Shown piece by piece: positions 12,372 to 22,683 of a stretch of DNA of 64,000 nucleotides. The stretch is from Macrostomum lignano (taxonomy: Eukaryota), in contig NIVC01000927.1 of the NCBI GenBank assembly GCA_002269645.1, positions 124,001 through 188,000 of the forward strand. The letters run 5' to 3'. A program made the translations under genes and the position numbers. The notes under the pieces were generated by a model that was not told the DNA's origin, made no database searches, and was given only the letters and a program-made list of their open reading frames with translations. Each line of letters starts with the position of its first letter. Position 1 is the stretch's first letter.

Positions 12372-15151
12372 CTAGGGTGGCTGCATAGTATCGTCCTGGC
12401 TCGGCTCATCAATAGCACCCTTGTAGATGCGGTTCGGTCCAAGGACACTATCCGCGCCAGACATGGACTCAACCGCAGGAAATGGCCGACTAGACACCAT
12501 CGGAGTTGATGTCGCTATTCCTCCCGAGCATTCGGCATCATCTGCTAGCCCTGTTCCGTAGGGTCGCTTGCCGATCAGTTCTTGAATGCGATCGTCCAGC
12601 GACCTCATTCGCCTTTCGATGCTCTGCTGAGAAGAGCTCGGCGATTCCGACCCACCGTCCGGTGTACCCGGCGCCCTGCTAGACAACTCTGCGTCTGCAG
12701 TTGTTAATGAGCTGTAGCTCTCAACAAACTGATGAGGCTCGCCCAGCTGCTTAGCTCTGGCGTCCAGCAGTGCAATCTGACTATTGATCATCTTTCTGGA
12801 TGCCGCATCTAGCCAATGGCTTGCGGAGACATTGTTGCGTCTGTCCGAACAGTCTTGAGGCTCTGTGGCCAGGCCTTGGCCGCAGACGCAACAAAGGCTG
12901 TCCGAAGCCAGATCTACGGCATTTGGCCTGTTGTCCAGGCGGCCGATTCTAGCATTCAATTTGTCCAATCTGTCTAGAAGTAGTCGCACCTCGGATCTGC
13001 TGTGCTGCAGCTCTTTGGCTAAATTGGCATTGGCTTGTTGGAGTCGGCTATTCTCTGCAGTCAGTGACTTTATCTGGTCAATTAGGGACTGGATTTCTCT
13101 GTCCTTGTCCTTCAGAGATGACAACCGGTCTGCTCTACCACCGCTTTCTATTGGCGATTCACGACGCTCGGTGACTTGGGCCTGTTGGAAGTTGAGAAAG
13201 TTGGTTCATTCTTCGTCGGGTCCTCTTCCTCCTCTGTTACTGAGGTTGGTCCTCTTCTTTCTCTCTGTCACTGAGGCTGGTCCTCTCCCTCCCTTCTGTC
13301 ACTGAGGTTGGTCCTCTCCCTCCCTTCTGTCACTGAGGTTGGTCCTCTCCCTCCCCTCTGACACTGAGGCTGGTCCTCTTCTTTCTCTCTGTCACTGAGG
13401 CTGGTCCTCTTCTTTCTCTCTGTCACTGAGGCTGGTCCTCTCCCTCCCCTCTGACACTGAGGCTGGTCCTCTCCCTCCCTTCTGTCACTGAGGTTGGTCC
13501 TCTCCCTCCCCTCTGACACTGAGGCTGGTCCTCTTCTTTCTCTCTGTCACTGAGGCTGGTCCTCTCCCTCCCCTCTGACACTGAGGCTGGTCCTCTCCCT
13601 CCCTTCTGTCACTGAGGTTGGTCCTCTCCCTCCCCTCTGACACTGAGGCTGGTCCTCTCCCTCCCCTCTGTCACTGAGGCTGGTCCTCTCCCTCCCTTCT
13701 GTCACTGAGGTTGGTCCTCTCCCTCCCCTCTGACACTGAGGCTGGTCCTCTCCCTCCCTTCTGTCACTGAGGTTGGTCCTCTTCTTTCTCTCTGTCACTG
13801 AGGCTGGTCCTCTTCTTTCCCTCTGACACTGAGGTTGGTCCTCTTCTTTCCCTCTGACACTGAGGTTGGTCCTCTTCTTTCTCTCTGTCACTGAGGCTGG
13901 TCCTCTTCTTTCTCTCTGTTACTGAGGTTGGTCCTCTTCTTTCTCTCTGTCACTGAGGCTGGTCCTCTCCCTCCCTTCTGTCACTGAGGTTGGTCCTCTT
14001 CTTTCTCTCTGTCACTGAGGCTGGTCCTCTCCCTCCCCTCTGACACTGAGGTTGGTCCTCTTCTTTCTCTCTGTCACTGAGGCTGGTCCTCTCCCTCCCT
14101 TTTGTCACTGAGGTTGGTCCTCTTCTTTCTCTCTGTCACTGAGGTTGGTCCTCTTCTTTCTCTCTGTCACTGAGGCTGGTCCTCTCCCTCCCTTCTGTCA
14201 CTGAGGTGGTCCTCTCCCTCCCCTCTGACACTGAGGTTGGTCCTCTTCTTTCTCTCTGTCACTGAGGTTGGTCCTCTTCTTTCTCTCTGTCACTGAGGCT
14301 GGTCCTCTCCCTCCCTTCTGTCACTGAGGTTGGTCCTCTCCCTCCCCTCTGACACTGAGATTGGTCCTCTTCTTTCTCTCTGTCACTGAGGCTGGTCCTC
14401 TCCCTCCCCTCTGACACTGAGATTGGTCCTCTTCTTTCTCTCTGTCACTGAGGTTGGTCCTCTTCTTTCTCTCTGTCACTGAGGCTGGTCCTCTCCCTCC
14501 CTTCTGTCACTGAGGTTGGTCCTCTCCCTCCCCTCTGACACTGAGATTGGTCCTCTTCTTTCTCTGTCACTGAGGTTGGTCCTCTTCTTTCTCTCTGTCA
14601 CTGAGGCTGGTCCTCTCCCTCCCTTCTGTCACTGAGGTTGGTCCTCTCCCTCCCCTCTGACACTGAGATTGGTCCTCTTCTTTCTCTCTGTCACTGAGGC
14701 TGGTCCTCTCCCTCCCTTTTGTCACTGAGGCTGGTCCTCTCCCTCCCTTTTGTCACTGAGGTTGGTCCTCTTCCTCCTCTGTTACTGAGGTTGGTCCTCT
14801 TCTTTCTATCTGTCACTGAGGCTGGTCCTCTCCCTCCCTTTTGTCACTGAGGCTGGTCCTCTCCCTCCCTTTTGTCACTGAGGTTGGTCCTCTTGTTTCC
14901 TTTTGTCACTGAGGTTGGTCCTCTTCCTTCCATCTGTCACTGAGGTTGGTCCTCTCCCTCCTCCCTTTCTCTGAGGTTAGTCCTCACTAAAAACGCCAAG
15001 TAGAAAACCTGACCTGCTGCCCTGAGCCAACAACAGCTTGAAGCGAAGTTTCCTCATCAGTGGGGATGATGTTGCCAGCGCCGCTGCTTCCGCTGCCTTC
15101 GTTTCCATGGGTGATGCCATCTGACCTCGTTTGCTCACCAGGATTTTCCAT
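12372..15151 (-). CDS. Uncharacterised coiled-coil protein (315 aa)
   Basis: Exon 1 15151-15014 (MENPGEQ...GSGQQ, donor GTCAG); exon 2 13181-12372 (acceptor CCAACAG); phase 0. Heptad-rich segment LKDKDREIQSLIDQIKSLTAENSRLQQANANLAKELQHSRSEVRLLLDRLDKLNARI followed by CCVC. No family recognised. Confidence 0.72.
13235..14990. repeat. 31-bp minisatellite (~1.75 kb) filling the coiled-coil gene intron
   Basis: Alternating variants TCACTGAGGCTGGTCCTCTCCCTCCCTTCTG and TCACTGAGGTTGGTCCTCTTCTTTCTCTCTG. Confidence 0.97.
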
Positions 15152-15325
15152 GAACGCAGACTGTATTGAATATAAGAATTACTCGTATTTAATTAGAGTT
15201 GTTAGTTTTGCTTCCAGTTATGATTTTATGTCAACATCAACTGTCGCTAATAGCTTTCCCGAAGTCGACCTTATTAACATGGCAACGCTAGTCTATGGCT
15301 AGGCCTACGTGTTATAATAGCCCTA

Positions 15326-15628
15326 GGTGGTTGTAGCTTAGTGGATAGAGCGTCGGACTCGCGACTTGAAGGTCGGAGGTTCGATTCCCAATCCCACTGG
15401 GACAATTTGTGTCCTTGAGCAAAACACTTAGCTATGCATTGCTTCAGTTCACACTGCTGTAAAATGGGTGCCAGCATTAGCTGGGGTAATTGAGGCTGTG
15501 TGTGTGGCGATCCTCAGTCCTTGGACTGAACAACCATATAATAGCTGCGGCTGAGCTGTCAATTGCACATCTGGCCCAATCGGGCCAGGAGTCATTAATT
15601 ATCAATACTAATAATTATTATTATTATC
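15326..15628 (+). mobile_element. tRNA-derived SINE, copy B
   Basis: A box TAGCTTAGTGGATAGAG, B box GGTTCGATTCC, same central domain and (ATT)n tail as copy A. Confidence 0.88.
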
Positions 15629-16224
15629 ATAGCCCTTGGCCTAGACGAAAAGCAAGCAACAGGCAACAGCTAAAGAGAGGATCAAGGACTACTATTTTCT
15701 CGCATTAGTCCTTGGCTTGGATAAATGATACGCGTGAACTAGTAAATACCATCTAAATCTATATAATGACAGCAGCCATCAACAACTAGAAGAATTCTCT
15801 CGAGACTGTCTTCTATGGGAACCCTGTCTGCCCGGCAAATGGGAACTTGTTTGGAATGGAATTTTTTAGGATCCCATCCCATCTGGCTCGGCTATTCGGA
15901 GTACGCTGGTTTCGCGTAGGCGGCTGGTCAAGGAGACCTAGTAACAGAATCTGGGTCTTTTTTTAATTGCTTTTATATCATACTCTAAAATGTCTAAAAT
16001 ATGGTTGTACTCATATTCAAAACCCCGTTGGGGAGACAAAGAAAGAGATAATTTGTTAATAGACTACATGTACTTTTTGACCTTGCACAGTCATCACTAC
16101 TGTTAATTTCTTAAAGAGAATGACGTTTAAAGCAAAATAGCATCCAGCCCTAAAAGCCAGTTGACTGACCTAAGATATCAGATCTTTCCTTTGGCTTTGA
16201 GCTTTGGCTCAAAGCAAACCCCAT

Positions 16225-17170
16225 GAGCCACAGAATTTTAGCGATTCCCCCATGAGCCACAGCATTTTAGCAATTCCCCCATGAGCTACAGCATTTTAGC
16301 GATTCCCCCATGAGCTACAGCATTTTAGCGATTCCCCCATGAGCCACAGCATTTTAGCGATTCCCCCATGAGCCACAGCATTTTAGCGATTACCCCATGA
16401 GCTACAGCATTTTAGCGATTCCCCCATGAGCCACAGCATTTTAGCGATTCCCCCATGAGCTACAGCATTTTAGCGATTACCCCCATGAGCTACAGCATTT
16501 TAGGGATTACCCCATGAGCCACAGCATTTTAGCGATTCCCCCCATGAGCTAAAGCATTTTAGCGATTCCCCCATGAGCTAAAGCATTTTAGCGATTACCC
16601 CCTTGAGCTATAGCATTTTAGCGATTCCCCCATGAGCTAAAGCATTTTAGCGATTCCCCCATGAGCCACAGCATTTTAGCAATTCCCCCCATGAGCCACA
16701 GCATTTTAGCGATTCCTCCCATAAGCCACAGCATTTTAGCGATTCCCCCATGAGCTACAGCATTTTAGCGATTCCCCCCATGAGCCACAGCATTTTAGCG
16801 AATCCCCCATGAGCCACAGCATTTTAGCGATTCCCCCATGAGCCACAGCATTTTAGCGATTCCTCCCATAAGCCACAGCATTTTAGCGATTCCCCCATGA
16901 GCCACAGCATTTTAGCGATTCCCCCCATGAGCCAAAGCATTTTAGCGATTCCCCCATGAGCCACAGCATTTTAGCGATTACCCCATGAGCCACAGCATTT
17001 TAGCGATTCCCCCATGAGCTACAGCATTTTAGCGATTACCCCATGAGCCACAGCATTTTAGCGATTCCCCCATGAGCCACAGCATTTTAGCGATTCCCCC
17101 ATGAGCCACAGCATTTTAGCAATTCCCCCATGAGCTAAAGCATTTTAGCGATTACTTCCATGAGCTACAG
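16225..17170. repeat. 29-bp intergenic minisatellite
   Basis: Unit CCATGAGCCACAGCATTTTAGCGATTCCC; related to the 7040-8025 unit. Confidence 0.97.
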
Positions 17171-17668
17171 CATTAGTCAGCCTATACAGTTACATAGGAG
17201 GTTTAAGGCAAGAGTTGGCACTCCAGACTCCTGGCTCTGGGTCTCCTTGGCCCAAGCAGTAAGTCTGGGATGTCGGTTTGATTGCATTGATGCGGGCAGG
17301 CGGGGGCCGCAGCTGAATTAGAACTGAAAGATAGCAGGATGAGAGAGAAAAACGCAATACGAGGCTTTTCCTGCTAACAGCCTCTGTCTCCCCTTTCTCC
17401 CTCTCCCCTCCCCAGCTCACTCCTAATCCTCGCCTCAATGACAGGCCAGCTGCAATCGGAGGCGCGATGCTTGGTCGGATTTGTCGGCAGCAGGGCTAGG
17501 CGAATGGGAGGAGCTCGGCAGTGTCTGTACTTTAGATTTAATGAAACAGAGCAGCGCAGACTTGGGTAGAGGAGAACACCCCAGAGGAGTCTCTCTGATC
17601 TTGTCCGCAGTGTCTATCTCTGTCCTAAAAGGCTTGGGATTCTGCAGCGACTTAAATATTATTTAGCC

Positions 17669-20600
17669 ATGTTGCATCTGCGGCCGAATCTGACCCCACT
17701 GCTGCTCCTGCTAATCACTGCTCTGATGTCGGACGCTCAATCACCGAGTCCGCCTCCTAGTGGCGGCGGCAGCTCCATGCTGGAGTTGCTGATGCGAATG
17801 CGGAACCCCGACGATGGCAGCGGCAGCGGTGTCGGAAACAGCAGCGGCAGCGCCTCCGACAGCGTGATCTCGCGCTACATGGCGAAAATGCGCACCAGAG
17901 GAGCCAACGGCAACAGCAGTAGCGGCAACAACAGCGGCAGCAGCAGCGGCAGCAGCAGCAGCGGCCGCGTCGGCAAGGGCCATCCGGATTTCGACTCGAG
18001 CTACCTGAGCAGCATCCAAAAGGTTACGGGCGGCAACGATGAATCAGTGGTGCAGTATGGCTTGTTCGTGTACAGCAACTACCAAGGATTTCTGGCGTGA
18101 GTCCTAGTGAAATATTGATTGCCAGTAGTTAGAGGACTTTAAATCTGTAGGAGATTCCTGCAAGGCTCGTGGCTTCAAATGATATTTTCAATTTTTAATG
18201 CCTCGCTGAACTCGAGAGAAGACTAATTTTCTTCAGCGACGAAGTTGAGGGATGAGATGAGGCTCGCTGAGATTGAGGCTCGCTTCTCTGCGCTTCCGTG
18301 ACATCGAATTTTGTTACTTCTCGCTCATTTTTCTTCCCATCCCATCTGTAAACAAGGCGGCGGCGGCGGCAATCAGGCCTCTGCATGCACTTCTAGGCCC
18401 GCCCACGCAACGACTCTCTGCAGGCTGTGCGACCTTAGCCAGGCGCACTGGCAAGCTAAATTATGTTCTCCAGTCATTTGCCGGCTAGCCAGCCAATTCG
18501 AATGGACTGACGCAAAACCGGGATATTTTTATCATGAATTGTCTGTCCATGCTTCTTTAGTCTGTGATTATATTATAATCTTCATGAAACCCTTTCCTTC
18601 CTTTCCTCTCCTCTCAGTCTCACAGCCACCTCACTCCCTGCCCTTTCCTCTCCCCTCAGTGTCACAGCCACCTCACTCCCTGCCCTTTCTTCTCCCTCGG
18701 TGTCACAGCCACCTCACTCCCTGCCCTTTCCTCTCCCCTCGTGTCACAGCCACCTCACTCCCTGCCCTTTCCTCTCCCCTCAGTGTCACAGCCACCTCAC
18801 TCCCTGCCCTTTCCTCTCCCCTCAGTGTCACAGCCACCTCACTCCCTGCCCTTTCCTCTCCCCTCAGTGTCACAGCCACCTCACTCCCTGCCCTTTCCTC
18901 TCCCCTCAGTGTCACAGCCACCTCACTCCCTGCCCTTTCCTCTCCCCTCGGTGTCACAGCCACCTCACTCCCTGCCCTTTCCTCTCCCCTCAGTGTCACA
19001 GCCACCTCACTCCCTGCCCTTTCCTCTCCCCTCGGTGTCACAGCCACCTCACTCCCTGCCCTTTCCTCTCCCTCAGTGTCACAGCCACCTCACTCCCTGC
19101 CCTTTCCTCTCCCTCAGTGTCACAGCCACTTCACTCCCTGCCCTTTCCTCTCCCCTCAGTGTCACAGCCACTTCACTCCCTGCCCTTTCCTCTCCCTCAG
19201 TGTCACAGCCACCTCACTCCCTGCCCTTTCCTCTCCCCTCAGTGTCACAGCCACCTCACTCCCTGCCCTTTCCTCTCCCCTCCAGTCTCACAGCCACCCC
19301 ATGCTTTCACAGCGCGTTTCAAATTCTCAGCAACAGTCGCATATCATCTAATCTCTACCCCGCCCCCGAACCCCAGTCCGTCGACCACCCCGCTGCAAGT
19401 GCAGGCGCACGTATCGCCGCTGCACCTGTCCCGACGGTCCGATCAGCAGCGGCAAGACTCGCTGACAGCTCGGCTGACCCTGCGACTCTACTGGCGCGAC
19501 GCCCGGCTGGCATTCAACAACACGCGCGTCTCTCGGGTTCAGCTGTACCAGACATTTCTCAAAAAGTTATGGAAGCCGAGTATTCAGTTCTTAACCGCGA
19601 CAGGCCAGCAGGACTTCGCGGTGGTCATGGCAACTGTGGATGCAGACGGTCTGGTTACTCTGACGCAGCGTCTAAACGTGGGCTTGGAATGCGCTGAGAA
19701 TCAGGTAGCATGATTTTAATTATTTTTCTATTATTTATCTAGATAATTACCCCCTTAGAGAAGTGATTTTTGCTAAAACCCACGATTATTAAGACAAATA
19801 AGACCAACTCATAGGTGCAAATTCTACACAGGCCACTCATCCCTCAGTTTTAGCAGTCACCTCACGCCTTCCCCCCCCCCCCCCCCCAGTATTTGCAGCC
19901 ATTTCACGCCTTCCCCCACCCCTCATTATTTGCAGCCACCTCACGCTTTGCCCCACCCCTCATTATTTGCAGCCACCTCACGCCTTCCCCACCCCTTCAT
20001 TCCTTGCAGCCGTCCACGCCTTCCCCAACCCCTCATTCCTTGCAGCCACCCTATGCCTTCCCCACCCCTCATTATTTGCAGGATTGCAGCCACTTCATGC
20101 CTTCTCCCACCCCTCAGTTTCTGCAGCCACCTCACGCCTTCCCCCACCCTCATTCCTTGCAGCCACCCCACGCCTTCTCCCACCCCTCATTATTTGCAGC
20201 CACATCACGCCTTCCCCAACACCTCATTCCTTGCAGTCACCCCACGCCTTCCCCACCCCTCATTATTTGCAGCCACATCACGCCTTCCCCAACCCCTCAT
20301 TCCTTACATCGACCTCGCGCCTTGTCCTGCCAGAACTCTAGCTTTTGAAGTACAATAACTAAATGTACATATCGGTAAAGCTTAAAGGCTAGATAAAAAT
20401 CCAAACCCAATCCCTCAGCTGCACCTGCTCCCGCTGGACACTCTGAAGTGCGACGCAAAATTAAGCGTTAGCACCGCGTCCCAGTCTCAGCAAAAGCTCG
20501 ACTGGTTACTGCCTGGCAACGCCTCCTTCAATTGGCCAATCGGCAGTCAGGTCAGCGACTTGATTCTGACAGACGTGCAATTTCTGGACGGGAACGCTCG

Positions 20601-21747
20601 AGAGGAGATGGCCAGTCTGACGCTTCGGCTAAAATTGCGCCGTCAGTTGGCGCGCTTCTTGGTTGCCGCCTACGCGCCTAGCGCGCTGCTTGTGGCGCTG
20701 TCGGCTTGCAGCTTGCGCTCCGGCCGGTCCGGCATGTGCGCCGGCTGCGCTGCTGGCGCCTTCCTGCTCTGGTGGCTCCTGGCTCAGCAGGTTCGCAGAA
20801 TTGAATTCTTAAAGCGTTTTATTACTATTATAAGCTCTTGTAAGGTGCTAATTTTTCGTTAAAAATGCGATTTTCAAACTCGCAATCTTTTTGCGCGCCA
20901 CCTCAATGAATGAATGAGATTCTATTTACATTCTTTCTCGCTACTCATCAGTAGGCGATCTTTAATATTGCTGATTTGCAGATTGAAGGGTTTTAGAGCC
21001 ATCGTGGACAAGCCTAAGGATCTGGGAGGGTGGCGGTGGCCTCACAACTGAGGATCTGGGAGGCACTGGCCCCACAACTGAGGATCTGGGAGGCTGGCGT
21101 AGTAACTGTGGGTGGCCTCAATATCTGGAGGGGTAGCCACACTGATCGAGAATCTGTGAGATTGATAGTAGCACTCCGATCATCTCCGATACGAATCAAT
21201 TATTACAGTGTCTTTTACACGCTCTTTACACGCATTGTGAACGAGCCTTCAAGCTCCATCTCATGGAGTCATTCTACCGGTGCACCATTCAAACTGAATT
21301 CGATTGTTCGCAGACTTACGGCCGGGCGCCGCCCGACTCGCTGCTCGGCCTGTGGCTGCTCGGCTGCAGCGGCCTCACCGCATTGGCCACATTTGCGGCC
21401 GAGCTGGCCCGGGCCGTCCAGCTTAGACGCGGGCGTCTCCATGGCAACGAAGACCACCCGAGCGACGAGTCCGGCCGAGCGAACGGCTCGGCCAACAAGC
21501 GGAGAGTCGATCATGACGGCGCCCCGCCGGCACTGCCGCCGCCTCCGCCGCTGCCGCCATTCCGCTGATTTCATCGCCAGCTGCTGCAACCGAGACGGAC
21601 AACTGTCGGCGACTTCAGCAACGCCGCAGCCGCGTACGGAGCTGCCTGCTGACCGGCCTGCTGACCCTGCACCTTCTCGTTTGCGTGGCCCTGCTGGCTG
21701 CTTACGCCATGGCAGTGGCTCTGCGTCTGGACGCTGGCACAGACTGA
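17669..21747 (+). CDS. Divergent Cys-loop ligand-gated ion channel subunit (GABA-A/glycine/GluCl-like fold) with a frameshift in the last exon
   Basis: Exons 17669-18096, 19377-19704, 20419-20790, 21314 onward; phase-consistent. Signal peptide; RLYWRDARL and LWKPSIQF (WxP) motifs; Cys-loop C-AENQLHLLPLDTLK-C; pre-M1/M1 LRLKLRRQLARFLVAAYAPSALLVALS; M3-like LGLWLLGCSGLTALATFAAE. The frame stops at 21568, while an M4-like helix in another frame ends at 21747. Confidence 0.8.
18620..19295. repeat. 42-bp minisatellite in channel intron 1
   Basis: Unit CAGTGTCACAGCCACCTCACTCCCTGCCCTTTCCTCTCCCCT. Confidence 0.97.
19880..20315. repeat. Degenerate ~37-bp minisatellite in channel intron 2
   Basis: Consensus TTGCAGCCACCTCACGCCTTCCCCACCCCTCATTAT; shares CAGCCACCTCAC with the intron 1 array. 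Confidence 0.9.
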
Positions 21748-21828
21748 CAGATGAGGCAGAGGCTGTGTACCAAATAGGGGACGTCAAGTAGCCTCTTAGG
21801 AAGGCCGCTGCAACCGCTAGTTGTGAAA

Positions 21829-21964
21829 TTTTTGCTGCAAAATGCATCTATATCAAGATTAGGAAGTTTTCAGCTTTGAACAAATGATCACTGTTCCTAT
21901 TTTAGTGAGAGCCCATTAAAAGCTCCGAAACTTCCTATCTTACTGCTGCATTTTGCAGCAAAAA
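21829..21964. mobile_element. Small hairpin/MITE-like element
   Basis: TTTTTGCTGCAAAATGCA (21829) and TGCATTTTGCAGCAAAAA (21947), plus an inner inverted pair TAGGAAGTTT.CAGCTTT / AAAGCTCCGAAACTTCCTA. Confidence 0.6.
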
Positions 21965-22494
21965 AACTGGAGTTGCATGCAAGCAAGAACAAGACAAGAA
22001 CTGGAAAAGGCTTTTTTGTATCCATTTTCTAGAAACTAATCATTTCTATTTGTTTTAACTCGTCAAAGATCCTCCCGAAGTCCCGTCCGACTGTTAACGA
22101 ACGGCGTACCGACCCCGATTTCTCCGAGGAACAGTGGGAAACCTTTTTGTTATTTACGAGTAACTTAACAACGAATTTCGCAATAAAAGTGGCAGTTGGA
22201 TTATCGCGATCATTGACAGTTCGAATAATTTGACACAAGTTACAAACCCTGGCAACAATCAATTGGCTGCATGATGAAGGCCTTAGTTATTAATAGTTTA
22301 ACTTAAGTGTACAAGGTTTACTAAAGCTTGAAGTTTCTGTCCAAGCCAAGAGCGGGGTCCCCTACCTCAACGTGGAGAAGATGGCCGCCTACCACAAGGC
22401 TCCGCATCGTCTGCTGGAAGGCGAGAGTTCGCCTGCATCTAAGCTAAAATGCAGCTGATCAATTACTACTATCAATTTTCTTTGATTTCTAAGA

Positions 22495-22683
22495 TGCGCA
22501 GATCCTTGCTGTACTGCAGCGCAAGGCCTACGCGTGGACCAGGTCGTGTGAACACGAAGCACTGGCCCGACTCATCAAAAACCGGATTAATTACTTAGTA
22601 GTCCAATGGACTACGTTAGAGGAATTAATCTCTAAAGAACAGAAACTACACTTTGATCTTAGCCAATAAGGCCGAGAAGCGAT
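22495..22683 (-). ncRNA. U2: U2 spliceosomal snRNA, full length (~189 nt), divergent
   Basis: Minus strand begins ATCGCTTCTCGGCCTTATTGGCTAAGATCAAAGTGTAGTTTCTGTTCTT. Stem IIa TTAGAG/CTCTAA; IIb GTAGTCC/GGACTAC; IIc ATTAATT/AATTAAT; Sm-like GGTTTTTGA; stem III GGGCCAG/CTGGTCC; stem IV CCTTG/CAAGG with a 13-nt TGCAGTAC-containing loop. Confidence 0.94.

Noticed and set aside
18395-18530. Extra exon in channel intron 1
   Set aside because: No suitable donor, and exon 1 (phase 2) joins 19377 directly to give YQGFLAPSTTPLQV, matching the family pattern.
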